The position numbers and the translations under genes are program-made. From positions 4,219 through 68,218 of the IMG/VR virus record IMGVR_UViG_2907905317_000001: a stretch of 64,000 nt of DNA; one strand, given 5' to 3'. This document shows positions 10,230-19,680 of the stretch, one piece after another; within the stretch, counting starts at the first letter, position 1; each line of letters begins with the position of its first letter. This DNA comes from a virus. Taxonomy: Duplodnaviria; Caudoviricetes. Below the pieces are notes generated by a model, which saw nothing but the letters and a program-made list of their open reading frames with translations, had not been told where the DNA came from and made no database searches.

Positions 10230-10883
10230 ATGAATTTGAATGAAGAGCAATATTCCGCAGCATTGGCTACCTTGAATAAAAGAGCCAGTCGCTCAAAAAT
10301 GACGACAATCCTTTTTATATACGCCCTTTTAATATCATTAGTTTCAATGCCCACATCTCTTTTTTACATAAAAATAAAGAGCAACGATAGAGAAGATTTA
10401 TTATCTTCCCTAACGAGAGCAGCAACAGAGGCTCATTCAACCCTGAATGCTATAACAGGTTTAAACAATGCAACTCGTGAATTAATTCAAAGCCTAGATA
10501 ATTTCAAGTCATCTTCAAACATCGGAAACAATTTAATTTCACAACTCACCACCACCGCCCCTGTCACCAAACAAGAAAACACACTAACAAAAATATTAGA
10601 AATCGCTGGTCCGATTATTTTAATACTATCAAGCCTACTATTTATTGTATATATTTTGCGCTTATTCATTGTATTCATTAAATACAACATGCAAATGAGT
10701 AATGATTATGACAACCAAAAGATATCCCTCTTACTTTCAGGAGGAAATACCGAAGAGTTCAGTAAAATACTAAACAACCTAAGGTCCCACAATATTACCT
10801 TCGAGAAAACACCTTACCTTCCGCAAGAAAAAATAATTCTCAAATTAATTGATTTAGCACGAGTATCAAGAGATAAGATTTAA
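10230..10883 (+). CDS. AT-rich two-TM membrane protein moron, unknown function
   Basis: 217 aa, two hydrophobic segments, opposite strand to late operon, S-V (P2 orf30) position. Confidence 0.8.
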   Translation: MNLNEEQYSAALATLNKRASRSKMTTILFIYALLISLVSMPTSLFYIKIKSNDREDLLSSLTRAATEAHSTLNAITGLNNATRELIQSLDNFKSSSNIGNNLISQLTTTAPVTKQENTLTKILEIAGPIILILSSLLFIVYILRLFIVFIKYNMQMSNDYDNQKISLLLSGGNTEEFSKILNNLRSHNITFEKTPYLPQEKIILKLIDLARVSRDKI

Positions 10884-11326
10884 CTACTAACCCACTGAAT
10901 TAATATATCTCTGGTTAGAGAGAGTGTTAAATCATTCAGCCCCAGTAAACGACGCTTATCGTATTGTACATTGGGGCCTTTTTTACTCACTCGGTCTCTC
11001 AGCCCATAATGATGAACACGCGCGATCCGTTGCACTTTATTGTCAAACTCGACGCTTGCCGAGTCCTGGCTGGCGCCGGCTTTCAGATATTTTGTTGTGC
11101 GGAGTTTTGCAAACATCTGCCGACGGATGCGGCCCTGTTTCGTTCTGGCCGTCACGCGACGCGGCTCGTAAGCCGTCCCGTCCGGGTTGCGCTGCATCCT
11201 GATATTTTTCTGCTGGCTGCGGCGCAGCTGCTGCGCCAGCTCCCGCATCATGCGCTTACGTGCGGCAGGCTCCAGTCCCGCCAGCAACGCATCTAACCAG
11301 GTGTCAACTTCCTGCAGCTCAGCCAC
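10880..11326 (-). CDS. S: Tail completion protein gpS copy 2 (intact)
   Basis: QRNPDGTAYEPR...IARVHHYG...RRLLG, 148 aa. Confidence 0.92.
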   Translation of the reverse strand: MAELQEVDTWLDALLAGLEPAARKRMMRELAQQLRRSQQKNIRMQRNPDGTAYEPRRVTARTKQGRIRRQMFAKLRTTKYLKAGASQDSASVEFDNKVQRIARVHHYGLRDRVSKKGPNVQYDKRRLLGLNDLTLSLTRDILIQWVSS

Positions 11327-11750
11327 GGCTCACTGCCCACATTTCGTCCGGTTCGTCCGGTTCCGGCACCGCTTCGACGCTGGACACGTCACCGTCAGCG
11401 CTGACTATCACACGCTCTGTCAGTTGCAGATTCAGGCTGATATCACAGATATCATTGCGCAAAATATCGACTTCAAAGGAAAGCAACTTTTCCCGCAGTT
11501 CCGGGTTATGAATAGCATCCGGCTGATTTTCCCTTAACCAGGCCACCACCGGCGCCATCAATAACCCCTGATCGCCGCTGAAATCCACAATCACCACATT
11601 CAGGGTGTAACGATACTCCCATGAAAGTGACGCTGCTCCGGTTGCCACCACCGATCCGTTATCAACGAACAAATGCAGCTTATCCGGGTTATCGCGGACA
11701 TATGGCACCGCGCTATTCAGGGCGCGGCGTAAGGATTGAGGCTTGTTCAC
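11319..11750 (-). CDS. R: Tail completion protein gpR copy 2
   Basis: MNKPQSLRRAL...LQLTERV. Confidence 0.92.
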   Translation of the reverse strand: MNKPQSLRRALNSAVPYVRDNPDKLHLFVDNGSVVATGAASLSWEYRYTLNVVIVDFSGDQGLLMAPVVAWLRENQPDAIHNPELREKLLSFEVDILRNDICDISLNLQLTERVIVSADGDVSSVEAVPEPDEPDEMWAVSRG

Positions 11751-12003
11751 TGTTTCGCTCCTGACAGGAAATTATCGTGTCCACTTTATCAGCGCAGACC
11801 GCCCAGGCCGCCTCCGCTTCATCCAGCGCGGTTAGCAGATCGCCGTTAGTGCGTGCCGCCGACTTTTCCAGGCGGCACTGAGTCACCCTGGGACAACCAT
11901 TCACGGTAAGCAGCACCTCCGGCGAGGGCTGGACGTTCGCGCATCCTGATAATGTCAGCAGGCAGAAGAGTGTCAGCCCAGCGGCGTAAATCCTCATTTT
12001 CAC
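11713..12003 (-). CDS. lysC: o-spanin LysC copy 2
   Basis: Lipobox LSGC; overlaps lysB 3' end. Confidence 0.85.
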   Translation of the reverse strand: MKMRIYAAGLTLFCLLTLSGCANVQPSPEVLLTVNGCPRVTQCRLEKSAARTNGDLLTALDEAEAAWAVCADKVDTIISCQERNSEQASILTPRPE

Positions 12004-12274
12004 GTTTTAACTCCTCAATTCTGCGCTGACGGCTTCGCAGCAGCGCGTTTGTACTTTCTGCCGCCGCGTAAAGCCTTGCCTGTTCCCGGTTATTGGTTTC
12101 GGACAGGATGGACAGGGCGATCAGCTGGCTGTTCGTTTTTGCGAGTTTTTCGCCTGTCGTTTTCAAATCCCGCCCTTGCCGCTCGATGGTCTGGCTGGCC
12201 TCCTTCATCCGCCATGACTGCCAGCCAAGCGCCAGCACTACCAGCGCCAGAATTACCGCCAGCGCCTTCGTCAT
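11846..12274 (-). CDS. lysB: i-spanin LysB
   Basis: N-terminal TM, coiled coil, ENEDLRRWADTLLP. Confidence 0.9.
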   Translation of the reverse strand: MTKALAVILALVVLALGWQSWRMKEASQTIERQGRDLKTTGEKLAKTNSQLIALSILSETNNREQARLYAAAESTNALLRSRQRRIEELKRENEDLRRWADTLLPADIIRMRERPALAGGAAYREWLSQGDSVPPGKVGGTH

Positions 12275-12654
12275 ACCGTCACCGGCTCCGCATCAATAAT
12301 CTGCGCACGCAGAACCTTAAGCGCGACCAGCGTCAGCAGATAAAATACCAGGGTGACAACGTGGCCCGTAAAGGTGAGAAAAATCACAAGCAGTGAACAC
12401 CTTGCCCATCTGATCACCTGGTTTCCTGGCGTACTGAAAAAGCGCGTCAGCGCCTGCTTTGCCTCTCCCCGATGAGTGCCGCCCGCATACCACCCAGCCA
12501 GGCAAAGTAGCACCGCTCCCCAGCTCAGCAGGCAGGCTATCCAGGTCAAGGCTGTAACCAGTGCCGGAACAATACTGTTTGGAACAAAGAGACTAAAAAT
12601 CATCAGCGCCGTGTACAGCACCGAAAATAACCCACCGATCATTTTCTTTTTCAT
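12271..12654 (-). CDS. Multi-TM lysis-cassette protein (LysA position)
   Basis: 127 aa, about four hydrophobic helices, between endolysin and lysB. Confidence 0.7.
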   Translation of the reverse strand: MKKKMIGGLFSVLYTALMIFSLFVPNSIVPALVTALTWIACLLSWGAVLLCLAGWYAGGTHRGEAKQALTRFFSTPGNQVIRWARCSLLVIFLTFTGHVVTLVFYLLTLVALKVLRAQIIDAEPVTV

Positions 12655-12658
12655 TTCG

Positions 12659-13168
12659 TTACGCTCCTTTTAAGCACCAGGCCAGCTCCCGCCCGCGGCG
12701 GTTTTCCAGGCCCTGATTAAATACGCCTTTGACATATACCCAGCGAGGCAGCTGATAGCAGGCATCACGCCAGCGCTTCTTATTGATAAACTTCACCATG
12801 GTTGAGCTGCAGGCGTTGCCGGTTCCCACGTTGAAGGCCAGCGATACCAGCGCGTCATAGACGTTCTGCGGTACGCTCACCAGGACACAGCGATCCAGTG
12901 CCTTCTCCACCCTTAAAACGTTGGTGATGAAACTCCCGGCGGCCTGCCGTTCCGTGATGGTCTTCCCCGGCACCACGCCGGACGCATTGCCAATGCCATC
13001 GGTCCACACCCCCGCATCACACTGATACGGCTGCAGGCGGCAGCCCTCGTAATCGGCTATCAGCTTCAACCCTTCCACTGAGGTATGAAGTTGCTGAAAG
13101 CCCGGCAGGGTGGCGGCAATCGCCAGCACCGCCCCTACCAGGCAACGTTTAACGGTTGAAGGATTCAT
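12659..13168 (-). CDS. SAR-type endolysin (T4-lysozyme family)
   Basis: N-terminal SAR-like segment with Cys; E-x8-C-x5-T triad (EGCRLQPYQCDAGVWT); GLENRR. Confidence 0.88.
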   Translation of the reverse strand: MNPSTVKRCLVGAVLAIAATLPGFQQLHTSVEGLKLIADYEGCRLQPYQCDAGVWTDGIGNASGVVPGKTITERQAAGSFITNVLRVEKALDRCVLVSVPQNVYDALVSLAFNVGTGNACSSTMVKFINKKRWRDACYQLPRWVYVKGVFNQGLENRRGRELAWCLKGA

Positions 13169-13364
13169 ATTCCCCCTGTGTAATTTTTCCGCCGCGCAGC
13201 AGCTGGTAGGTTTTGTGTTTGTAGTACCAGTTGATGGCCAGCATCAGCACGCCAATCAACACACCGCCCACTGTCGACACATCCTTAAGCGATAAATCTC
13301 CCATCCATGCCAGCAGTGCAGCGATGCAGTACGTGATGAAGGCGCTGATCCGTTCAAGCGTCAT
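13149..13364 (-). CDS. Holin
   Basis: 71 aa hydrophobic ORF with INWYYK, directly before the endolysin. Confidence 0.85.
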   Translation of the reverse strand: MTLERISAFITYCIAALLAWMGDLSLKDVSTVGGVLIGVLMLAINWYYKHKTYQLLRGGKITQGEYESFNR

Positions 13365-13367
13365 ATT

Positions 13368-13571
13368 TCAGTCCCATAACTGGACGGTCTGCACCGTGGA
13401 AGTGGTGGCAATATCCGGCAGCTCCACCTGCAGCCCGTGTGGTAAGAACGGGCCGTGCTCAGCCAGCCCGGGATTTGCCTGCAGTACCTGCTCAGTGACA
13501 CCCTGCGTGCGTCCGTAATGACGCCAGCAAAGCGCGTCCACCGTGTCACCCTGGTATGCACGCACTTTCAT
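13368..13571 (-). CDS. X: Tail protein gpX
   Basis: QGDTVDALCWRHYG...VLQANPGL...VQLWD. Confidence 0.95.
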   Translation of the reverse strand: MKVRAYQGDTVDALCWRHYGRTQGVTEQVLQANPGLAEHGPFLPHGLQVELPDIATTSTVQTVQLWD

Positions 13572-14035
13572 CAGATCAGCTCCACCGTACAGTGAGGCGC
13601 ATCCTGTACCCGGCTGATTGCCCAGCGAGCATCACGCCACAGGTCGCCGCTGGCCTCCGCCAGCTCATCCCCCCTTTTCACACCGGAGGCCGTGGCGTCG
13701 TAGTCCTGGTAACGCTCATTCACCTGCGCCCGTGCCCAGCAATAAACGGCGTTGTGGTAGTGGTGAATACGTTCGCTTTTACCGTCCAGCAAGTCCGCCG
13801 GTACATCGGCCAGCGTCATAAATCCCAGCGTCTGCTGGCGCTTGCGGAAGTCGTACAACTCCGCATTGACCTCTGACATCGCAGACCGGATGAGTTGTCC
13901 GAGGCGGGGTGACGTCACCGTGCCATCCGTCCGCATCACGCTGCGAAACTCTGATAAATCAACATCGGGCCAGAACGGCGTATTTTTGATAATTTCCGCC
14001 TGTTCCGGCGCCTGCTCAGGCGCAACAAACTTCAT
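13571..14035 (-). CDS. L: Head completion protein gpL
   Basis: IKNTPFWPDVDL...ERYQDYDAT...LWRDARWAIS. Confidence 0.92.
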   Translation of the reverse strand: MKFVAPEQAPEQAEIIKNTPFWPDVDLSEFRSVMRTDGTVTSPRLGQLIRSAMSEVNAELYDFRKRQQTLGFMTLADVPADLLDGKSERIHHYHNAVYCWARAQVNERYQDYDATASGVKRGDELAEASGDLWRDARWAISRVQDAPHCTVELI

Positions 14036-14131
14036 GCGGGCTTTCTCCTGAAATAGTGGGCGGTGGACGGGGTTTTGATGTGGCAAAAGCCTTTCGCCAC
14101 CCCGTGCCGCCCGTGCGCGGGGCACGTTCCG

Positions 14132-14782
14132 TTAACGGCTGTCATTGCGCAATCTGCGCTCCAGCTGCTGTTTTTCTTTTTTGACGCCACAGCGTGGATC
14201 AAGCTGCAGCGCATGATTGATGTGATTCAGGGCGGAGGCCGGGCTGGTTTCGGTCAGTACAGCGCCAATCGCTTTATGCAGGCGTGCCCGTGACTGGTCT
14301 GGCATATCCTGGCCGTCTGTCAGCTCCAGTGTCTGCAGTAACAACCCGGCATCGAAAGATTCACCTGCCAGCAGAGCGGCCTGCGCAGCGTCTGCCATTT
14401 CCTCTGCCAACACCGTCTGGACGTTACGGTTTCCAATGGGCATCACCCATCCGTGCCGCAGCGCATGACGCCCTGCATCCAGCGCACCGGCATAATCACC
14501 GGCATCGATACGCCAGAGCATTACAAACATCACCACGTCATCCTGCCGGGCACCATCAGCAGCCAGCACCCCCTCCACCCAGGCGGAATAACGGGGCAGC
14601 AGCTCCACTTTGATTTGGGCTTTCTTCACGGTGGACTGGATACCTTTCAGGCGGCGGCGATCCTCCGCCAGCTGCATCAGCATCAGGTCATACCCCGTCG
14701 CGTGGCGAACATTGCCGCCCTGTCGGGCGGCCTGTTCAGCCTGGACGCGCAGGCGGTGCTGCCGTGCTGGACTCAGGCTCAT
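14132..14782 (-). CDS. M: Terminase small/endonuclease subunit gpM
   Basis: LSPARQH...MLWRIDAGDY...DMPDQSRARLHK...GVKK. Confidence 0.95.
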   Translation of the reverse strand: MSLSPARQHRLRVQAEQAARQGGNVRHATGYDLMLMQLAEDRRRLKGIQSTVKKAQIKVELLPRYSAWVEGVLAADGARQDDVVMFVMLWRIDAGDYAGALDAGRHALRHGWVMPIGNRNVQTVLAEEMADAAQAALLAGESFDAGLLLQTLELTDGQDMPDQSRARLHKAIGAVLTETSPASALNHINHALQLDPRCGVKKEKQQLERRLRNDSR

Positions 14783-14785
14783 GCG

Positions 14786-15850
14786 TTACGCCCCCTCGCC
14801 TTCCGGTACAGCTGGCGTGCTGAAATCCCCCATCTGGATGTTTTCAACCAGCGCCGCACAGCGGTAATCCTCAACCACATACGCTTCATTGACGGACTCG
14901 AAATTCTCGATCCGGTCACGTTTCGGGTTATCGATAACAGAACGACGGCGGGTATCTTCCTGCCAGTAAATGGACAGGTTATCCAGGCGGGTGATCAGCA
15001 GTGCATTCGCAGGGAAATACGGCGCGCGTACAGCCTGCAGGCCACCCATGCGTTTCTGGCTGATGATCAGATCAGCGGCCAGCTTCTCCGTGTTCTCCTG
15101 GTCTTTGTTAACCAGCGGGAAATACTTGTCAGACAGCAGCTCACGGCCACAGACGACCACCAGATCATCATCATCCTGATATACCGGGTCGATCAGCTCG
15201 TTGACCGCATCCATCACCACGGCGTCCAGGTTGGCATAATCGCCACCCTTACCAACCTTCACGGCGCCTTTGGTGGTCACGCCGTCTTTGGTTTCGCTGC
15301 CCATGACATGATCCGGCGCATCTTCGCGGATTTTTTGCAGCCAGCCCTTATTTACGTCCTGCAGCATCGGGTTGGCGTCGCGGTCAGAGGTTTTGGCACG
15401 CTTCACGCCGTTGAACCCGATCATGATGCGGTCCAGAGCCTGGCGCTTCACGATGGCGTTACGGATCCGTACCTGGAAGTCCTGGAATTTTGCCCACAGG
15501 TCCAGCTTTGCGTAGGTCAGCACCGTATCAAAGTTGGTCTGTTCGCATTTGTATTCCACGTCCGCCATCACTGTCGGGTCAGTTGGTTCGCGCTCTTTGG
15601 TGGTGGTATCCGTGGTACCGGCAATCGTGCTACCGACACCCAGACCCAGCAGCTGGCCTGACTGCTCATCCACCGGGGTGATGTTAATCAGTGTCAGAAA
15701 GGCAGCGGACTGCTGGATCTGGTCTTCCAGCGTCTGCTGTACCGACGGCTCAACGGTGAATTTGCTGGAAAGTTCTTCCACTTCCACGTTGTTCAGGCGT
15801 GCCAGTTGCTGCAGGTAGGCGTTAAAGGCAAAACGGGTTTTCTTTTTCAT
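14786..15850 (-). CDS. N: Major capsid protein gpN
   Basis: FTVEPSVQQTLE...LDRIMIGFNG...PMLQDVNKGWLQ. Confidence 0.96.
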   Translation of the reverse strand: MKKKTRFAFNAYLQQLARLNNVEVEELSSKFTVEPSVQQTLEDQIQQSAAFLTLINITPVDEQSGQLLGLGVGSTIAGTTDTTTKEREPTDPTVMADVEYKCEQTNFDTVLTYAKLDLWAKFQDFQVRIRNAIVKRQALDRIMIGFNGVKRAKTSDRDANPMLQDVNKGWLQKIREDAPDHVMGSETKDGVTTKGAVKVGKGGDYANLDAVVMDAVNELIDPVYQDDDDLVVVCGRELLSDKYFPLVNKDQENTEKLAADLIISQKRMGGLQAVRAPYFPANALLITRLDNLSIYWQEDTRRRSVIDNPKRDRIENFESVNEAYVVEDYRCAALVENIQMGDFSTPAVPEGEGA

Positions 15851-15866
15851 TGGTTCTTATGCTCCA

Positions 15867-16700
15867 TCAGCAATTGGTCAGTGTGCCTGCCGGTGCGTTT
15901 CCGCCCGGCGCGCGCTGGCGATAATCTTTGCGGCTGTCTTCCTGGCTCAGCCGCTGCTCCAGTTCAGCAAAAGCGGTCTGCTGTTCCTGCAGGGAGGCTT
16001 CCAGCTCAGCAATGCGTGCATCCTGCGCAGACATGGAGTGCTCAGTACGTTCGCTCAGGTTTTGCTGTTCAGTAGCAATCAGCTCCACCGCGCGATGCAC
16101 GTCAGAAAAACGCGCGTCATCGTTCTGTTCTTTTTTGGTGAACATCGCGGCAACGCGGGAAAACAGGGAGGGTTTTTCGTCCTGGACTTCTTCCCACTCG
16201 ATCAGCGTTTCTTCTGCGGCGGTAAAGAGGTTTTCAGGGTTTTGCTTGCGGCCTGCCAGGGGGTTACTTCTGGCGCTGGCGCTAAACTGCAGCATTTCAG
16301 TACCCAGGCTTGCGGGATCATCCGTCGCCGCCAGGCCAACCAGGTAGGCTTTGCCGGTATCGGCAAAACTGGTATTGACTTCCATCGAGGTAAACAGCTT
16401 TTGCAGATTACGGGTATACGCCACCAGGTCCTCTGACGGGGTGATCCACGCATACAGGGCCAGTTTCCCTTTCAGCGGGCCGTCTGCAATCTCCTCTGCC
16501 TCCAGCTTATCCACGGTCCCGAAACGGCGGAAAGGGCTGTCAGGGGTGTAACCCTTGATGTGCTCCAGATTAATCAACGCGGTATACACCTGCGGGTCAT
16601 AGCTCGCCGCCATCTGTTCCAGCCAGGCACGCTCAATATTGCGCCCGTCTGTCGTTGCCCCTTCCACACCGATGCGGAAGCGCTTTGCTTTTACAGCCAT
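15867..16700 (-). CDS. O: Capsid scaffolding protein/protease gpO
   Basis: FRIGVEGATTDGR...INLEH...DDPASLGTE...LTNC. Confidence 0.95.
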   Translation of the reverse strand: MAVKAKRFRIGVEGATTDGRNIERAWLEQMAASYDPQVYTALINLEHIKGYTPDSPFRRFGTVDKLEAEEIADGPLKGKLALYAWITPSEDLVAYTRNLQKLFTSMEVNTSFADTGKAYLVGLAATDDPASLGTEMLQFSASARSNPLAGRKQNPENLFTAAEETLIEWEEVQDEKPSLFSRVAAMFTKKEQNDDARFSDVHRAVELIATEQQNLSERTEHSMSAQDARIAELEASLQEQQTAFAELEQRLSQEDSRKDYRQRAPGGNAPAGTLTNC

Positions 16701-16776
16701 GTGACCGACTCCATCAAATAACTCTGTGAGGCCTTATGGTTGCTGCGATGGAGGGGGTGAAACAACGCGCGGACCT

Positions 16777-16794
16777 TGTGCGGTAAACCATACA
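16777..16794. promoter_or_regulatory. Ogr-family site in divergent pO/pP region
   Basis: TGT-N12-ACA between O and P. Confidence 0.7.
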
Positions 16795-16840
16795 AAGGCC
16801 AGCCGGGGAAAGGCGCCAGGCAAGGCCGTATGTTTGTGCC

Positions 16841-18604
16841 ATGGAAACGATGACCCCCGCAGACCTCGATCCCCGCAGGCAGGCATTACTGCTGTATTTT
16901 CAGGGATACCGCGTAGCCCGCATTGCTGAAATGCTGGGCGAAAAAGTTGCAACCGTTCACAGCTGGAAAAAGCGCGACAAGTGGGGCGAATATGGCCCAC
17001 TCGATCAGATGCAGCTCACCACTGCCGCCCGCTATTGCCAGCTCATCATGAAGGAGCACAAGGAAGGGAAAGACTTTAAAGAAATAGACCTGCTGGCGCG
17101 CCAGTCCGAGCGCCACGCCCGCATCGGTAAATTTAACAACGGCGGTAATGAGGCGGACCTTAACCCCAACGTGCAAAACCGCAACCGCGGCCCCCGCAAG
17201 ACACCAGAAAAGAACCTGTTTACTGACGAACAGATCGAAAAGCTGGAAGAAATTTTCCGCAACGGAATGTTTGAATATCAGCGCCACTGGTGCGAAGCAG
17301 GAATTAAGCACCGCATCCGCAACGTGCTTAAATCGCGCCAGATCGGCGCTACGTATTATTTCGCGCGTGAAGCGCTGATGGACGCCCTGATGACAGGGCG
17401 AAACCAGATTTTCCTGTCAGCCAGTAAAGCCCAGGCGCATGTTTTTAAGCAGTACATCATCGAGTTTGCCAAAGAAGTCGACGTGGAATTAAAAGGCGAT
17501 CCCATGGTGCTGCCAAACGGCGCCACGCTGTATTTTCTCGGGACCAACGCCCGCACCGCGCAGAGCTACCACGGCAACCTGTATCTTGATGAGTATTTCT
17601 GGATACCGAAATTTCAGGAGCTACGTAAAGTCGCCTCCGGCATGGCGCTGCACAAGAAATGGCGCCAGACCTATTTTTCCACGCCTTCCAGCCTGACGCA
17701 CAGCGCTTACCCGTTCTGGTCCGGTGCCCTGTTCAATCGCGGGCGCGCAAAAGCTGATCGCGTTGATATCGACCTGACCCACTCAGCCCTTGCTGCTGGT
17801 CTGCTTTGCGCTGACGGTCAGTTCAGACAGATCGTGACGGTGGAGGACGCCGTGCGCGGCGGCTGCAACCTGTTCGACCTCGACCAGCTGCGCCTGGAGT
17901 ACAGCCCCGACGAGTACCAGAACCTGCTGATGTGTGAATTCATCGACGATCTCGCCTCCGTTTTCCCCCTGGCTGACCTGCAGGCCTGCATGGTGGACAG
18001 CTGGGAAGTCTGGGAAGACTTTCAGGCGCTGGCCCTGCGTCCGTTCGGCTGGCGCGAAGTCTGGATCGGCTATGACCCGGCGAAAGGTACCCAGAACGGC
18101 GACAGCGCTGGCTGCGTAGTCATTGCCCCGCCGACGGTGCCCGGCGGTAAGTTCCGCATCCTTGAGCGTCACCAGTGGCGCGGAATGGACTTCCGCGCCC
18201 AGGCAGAGGCCATCCGCAAACTGACTCAGCAGTATAACGTGACCTACATCGGCATTGACTCCACCGGCGTCGGTCACGGTGTTTATGAAAACGTAAAAGG
18301 CTTTTTCCCTGCCGTGCGGGAGTTTGTCTATAACCCCAACGTCAAAAACGCCCTGGTGCTCAAGGCATACGACATTATCAGCCACCGCCGTCTGGAGTTT
18401 GACGCCGGGCATACCGACATTGCGCAATCATTTATGGCTATCCGCCGCGCCACCACCGCCAGCGGAAACCGCCCTACCTACGAAGCCAGCCGCAGCGAAG
18501 AAGCCAGCCACGCAGATTTGGCCTGGGCAACGATGCACGCACTGTTTAACGAACCGCTGCAGGGCGAAGCCGCCAATACCAGCAACATTGTGGAGATTTT
18601 TTAA
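16841..18604 (+). CDS. P: Terminase ATPase subunit gpP
   Basis: KSRQIGAT Walker A, YLDE Walker B, GYDP nuclease motif. Confidence 0.96.
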   Translation: METMTPADLDPRRQALLLYFQGYRVARIAEMLGEKVATVHSWKKRDKWGEYGPLDQMQLTTAARYCQLIMKEHKEGKDFKEIDLLARQSERHARIGKFNNGGNEADLNPNVQNRNRGPRKTPEKNLFTDEQIEKLEEIFRNGMFEYQRHWCEAGIKHRIRNVLKSRQIGATYYFAREALMDALMTGRNQIFLSASKAQAHVFKQYIIEFAKEVDVELKGDPMVLPNGATLYFLGTNARTAQSYHGNLYLDEYFWIPKFQELRKVASGMALHKKWRQTYFSTPSSLTHSAYPFWSGALFNRGRAKADRVDIDLTHSALAAGLLCADGQFRQIVTVEDAVRGGCNLFDLDQLRLEYSPDEYQNLLMCEFIDDLASVFPLADLQACMVDSWEVWEDFQALALRPFGWREVWIGYDPAKGTQNGDSAGCVVIAPPTVPGGKFRILERHQWRGMDFRAQAEAIRKLTQQYNVTYIGIDSTGVGHGVYENVKGFFPAVREFVYNPNVKNALVLKAYDIISHRRLEFDAGHTDIAQSFMAIRRATTASGNRPTYEASRSEEASHADLAWATMHALFNEPLQGEAANTSNIVEIF

Positions 18605-19635
18605 TGACTGAGAATACCGCACAGGATGTGATGCCACCTGACGTACAACCCAATGATGCAGCGACTACCCAGGCGTTCAGTTTTGGCGATCCCATTCCGG
18701 TACTGGACCGCCGCGAACTTCTGGACTACGTAGAATGTGTGCAAATGGACCGCTGGTATGAGCCGCCGTTGAGCTTTGACGGGCTGGCGCGGACCTATCG
18801 CGCCGCTGTACATCACAGCTCACCGATTGCTGTTAAGCGTGACATTCTCAGTAGTACCTACATCCCCCACCGCCTGCTCAGCCAGCAGGCTTTTGCCCGT
18901 TTCGTCCAGGATTATCTTGTGTTCGGTAACGCCTATCTGGAAAAACGGACGAACAGGCTGGGCGGCGTCCTGTCACTGGAGCCATCACTGGCGAAGTACA
19001 CCCGGCGCGGGATTGACCTTGATACTTACTGGTTCGTGCAGTACGGCATGACCACCCAGCCTTATGAGTTCACCAAAGGTAGCATCTTTCACCTGATGGA
19101 GCCGGACATTAACCAGGAAATCTACGGGCTTCCCGGCTACCTTTCCGCGATCCCATCAACACTGCTCAACGAGTCGGCTACGCTGTTTCGCCGTAAGTAT
19201 TACATCAACGGCAGTCACGCCGGATTCATCATGTACATGACTGATGCGGCACAGAATCAGGAGGACGTGAACAACATCCGTCAGGCTATGAAAAGCGCCA
19301 AAGGGCCGGGCAACTTCCGCAACCTGTTTATGTATTCGCCCAACGGTAAAAAGGACGGCATCCAGATCATCCCGCTGTCGGAGGTCGCGGCGAAAGATGA
19401 GTTTCTGAACATCAAGAATGTGAGCCGCGATGACATGATGGCCGCACACCGCGTCCCCCCGCAGATGATGGGCATCATTCCCAACAATACCGGCGGGTTC
19501 GGTGACGTTGAAAAGGCCAGCCGTGTCTTTGTGCGCAACGAATTAATTCCACTGCAAAAGCGGATGCAAGAGCTAAACATATGGCTTGGTGAAGAGGTGA
19601 TAAAGTTCGCCCCTTACACTTTGGATATTAGCTGA
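18604..19635 (+). CDS. Q: Portal protein gpQ
   Basis: AFSFGDP...HHSSPI...INQEIYGLP...HRVPPQMMG. Confidence 0.96.
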   Translation: MTENTAQDVMPPDVQPNDAATTQAFSFGDPIPVLDRRELLDYVECVQMDRWYEPPLSFDGLARTYRAAVHHSSPIAVKRDILSSTYIPHRLLSQQAFARFVQDYLVFGNAYLEKRTNRLGGVLSLEPSLAKYTRRGIDLDTYWFVQYGMTTQPYEFTKGSIFHLMEPDINQEIYGLPGYLSAIPSTLLNESATLFRRKYYINGSHAGFIMYMTDAAQNQEDVNNIRQAMKSAKGPGNFRNLFMYSPNGKKDGIQIIPLSEVAAKDEFLNIKNVSRDDMMAAHRVPPQMMGIIPNNTGGFGDVEKASRVFVRNELIPLQKRMQELNIWLGEEVIKFAPYTLDIS

Positions 19636-19636
19636 T

Positions 19637-19664
19637 AAAAAAAGGCGCCGACTTGGGCGCCTTT
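19637..19664. terminator. Hairpin terminator between convergent Q and STAS genes
   Basis: A-run, GGCGCC stem, TTT. Confidence 0.75.
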
Positions 19665-19680
19665 CATATCTTACTGGTTG

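Larger units (their letters stand above)
11043..12035. repeat. ~1-kb direct repeat copy 2
   Basis: Matches 9160..10153. Confidence 0.92.

Noticed and set aside
9160-12035. IS or composite transposon, or pure assembly duplication
   Set aside because: Repeats are phage structural genes with no transposase or terminal IRs; the copies differ by many SNPs and have distinct S 3' ends. Read confirmation is still advisable.
14453-15661. Long antisense ORFs (also 562..1353, 50408..51772, 53586..54389)
   Set aside because: Shadow frames opposite conserved GC-rich phage genes, with no recognisable motifs.
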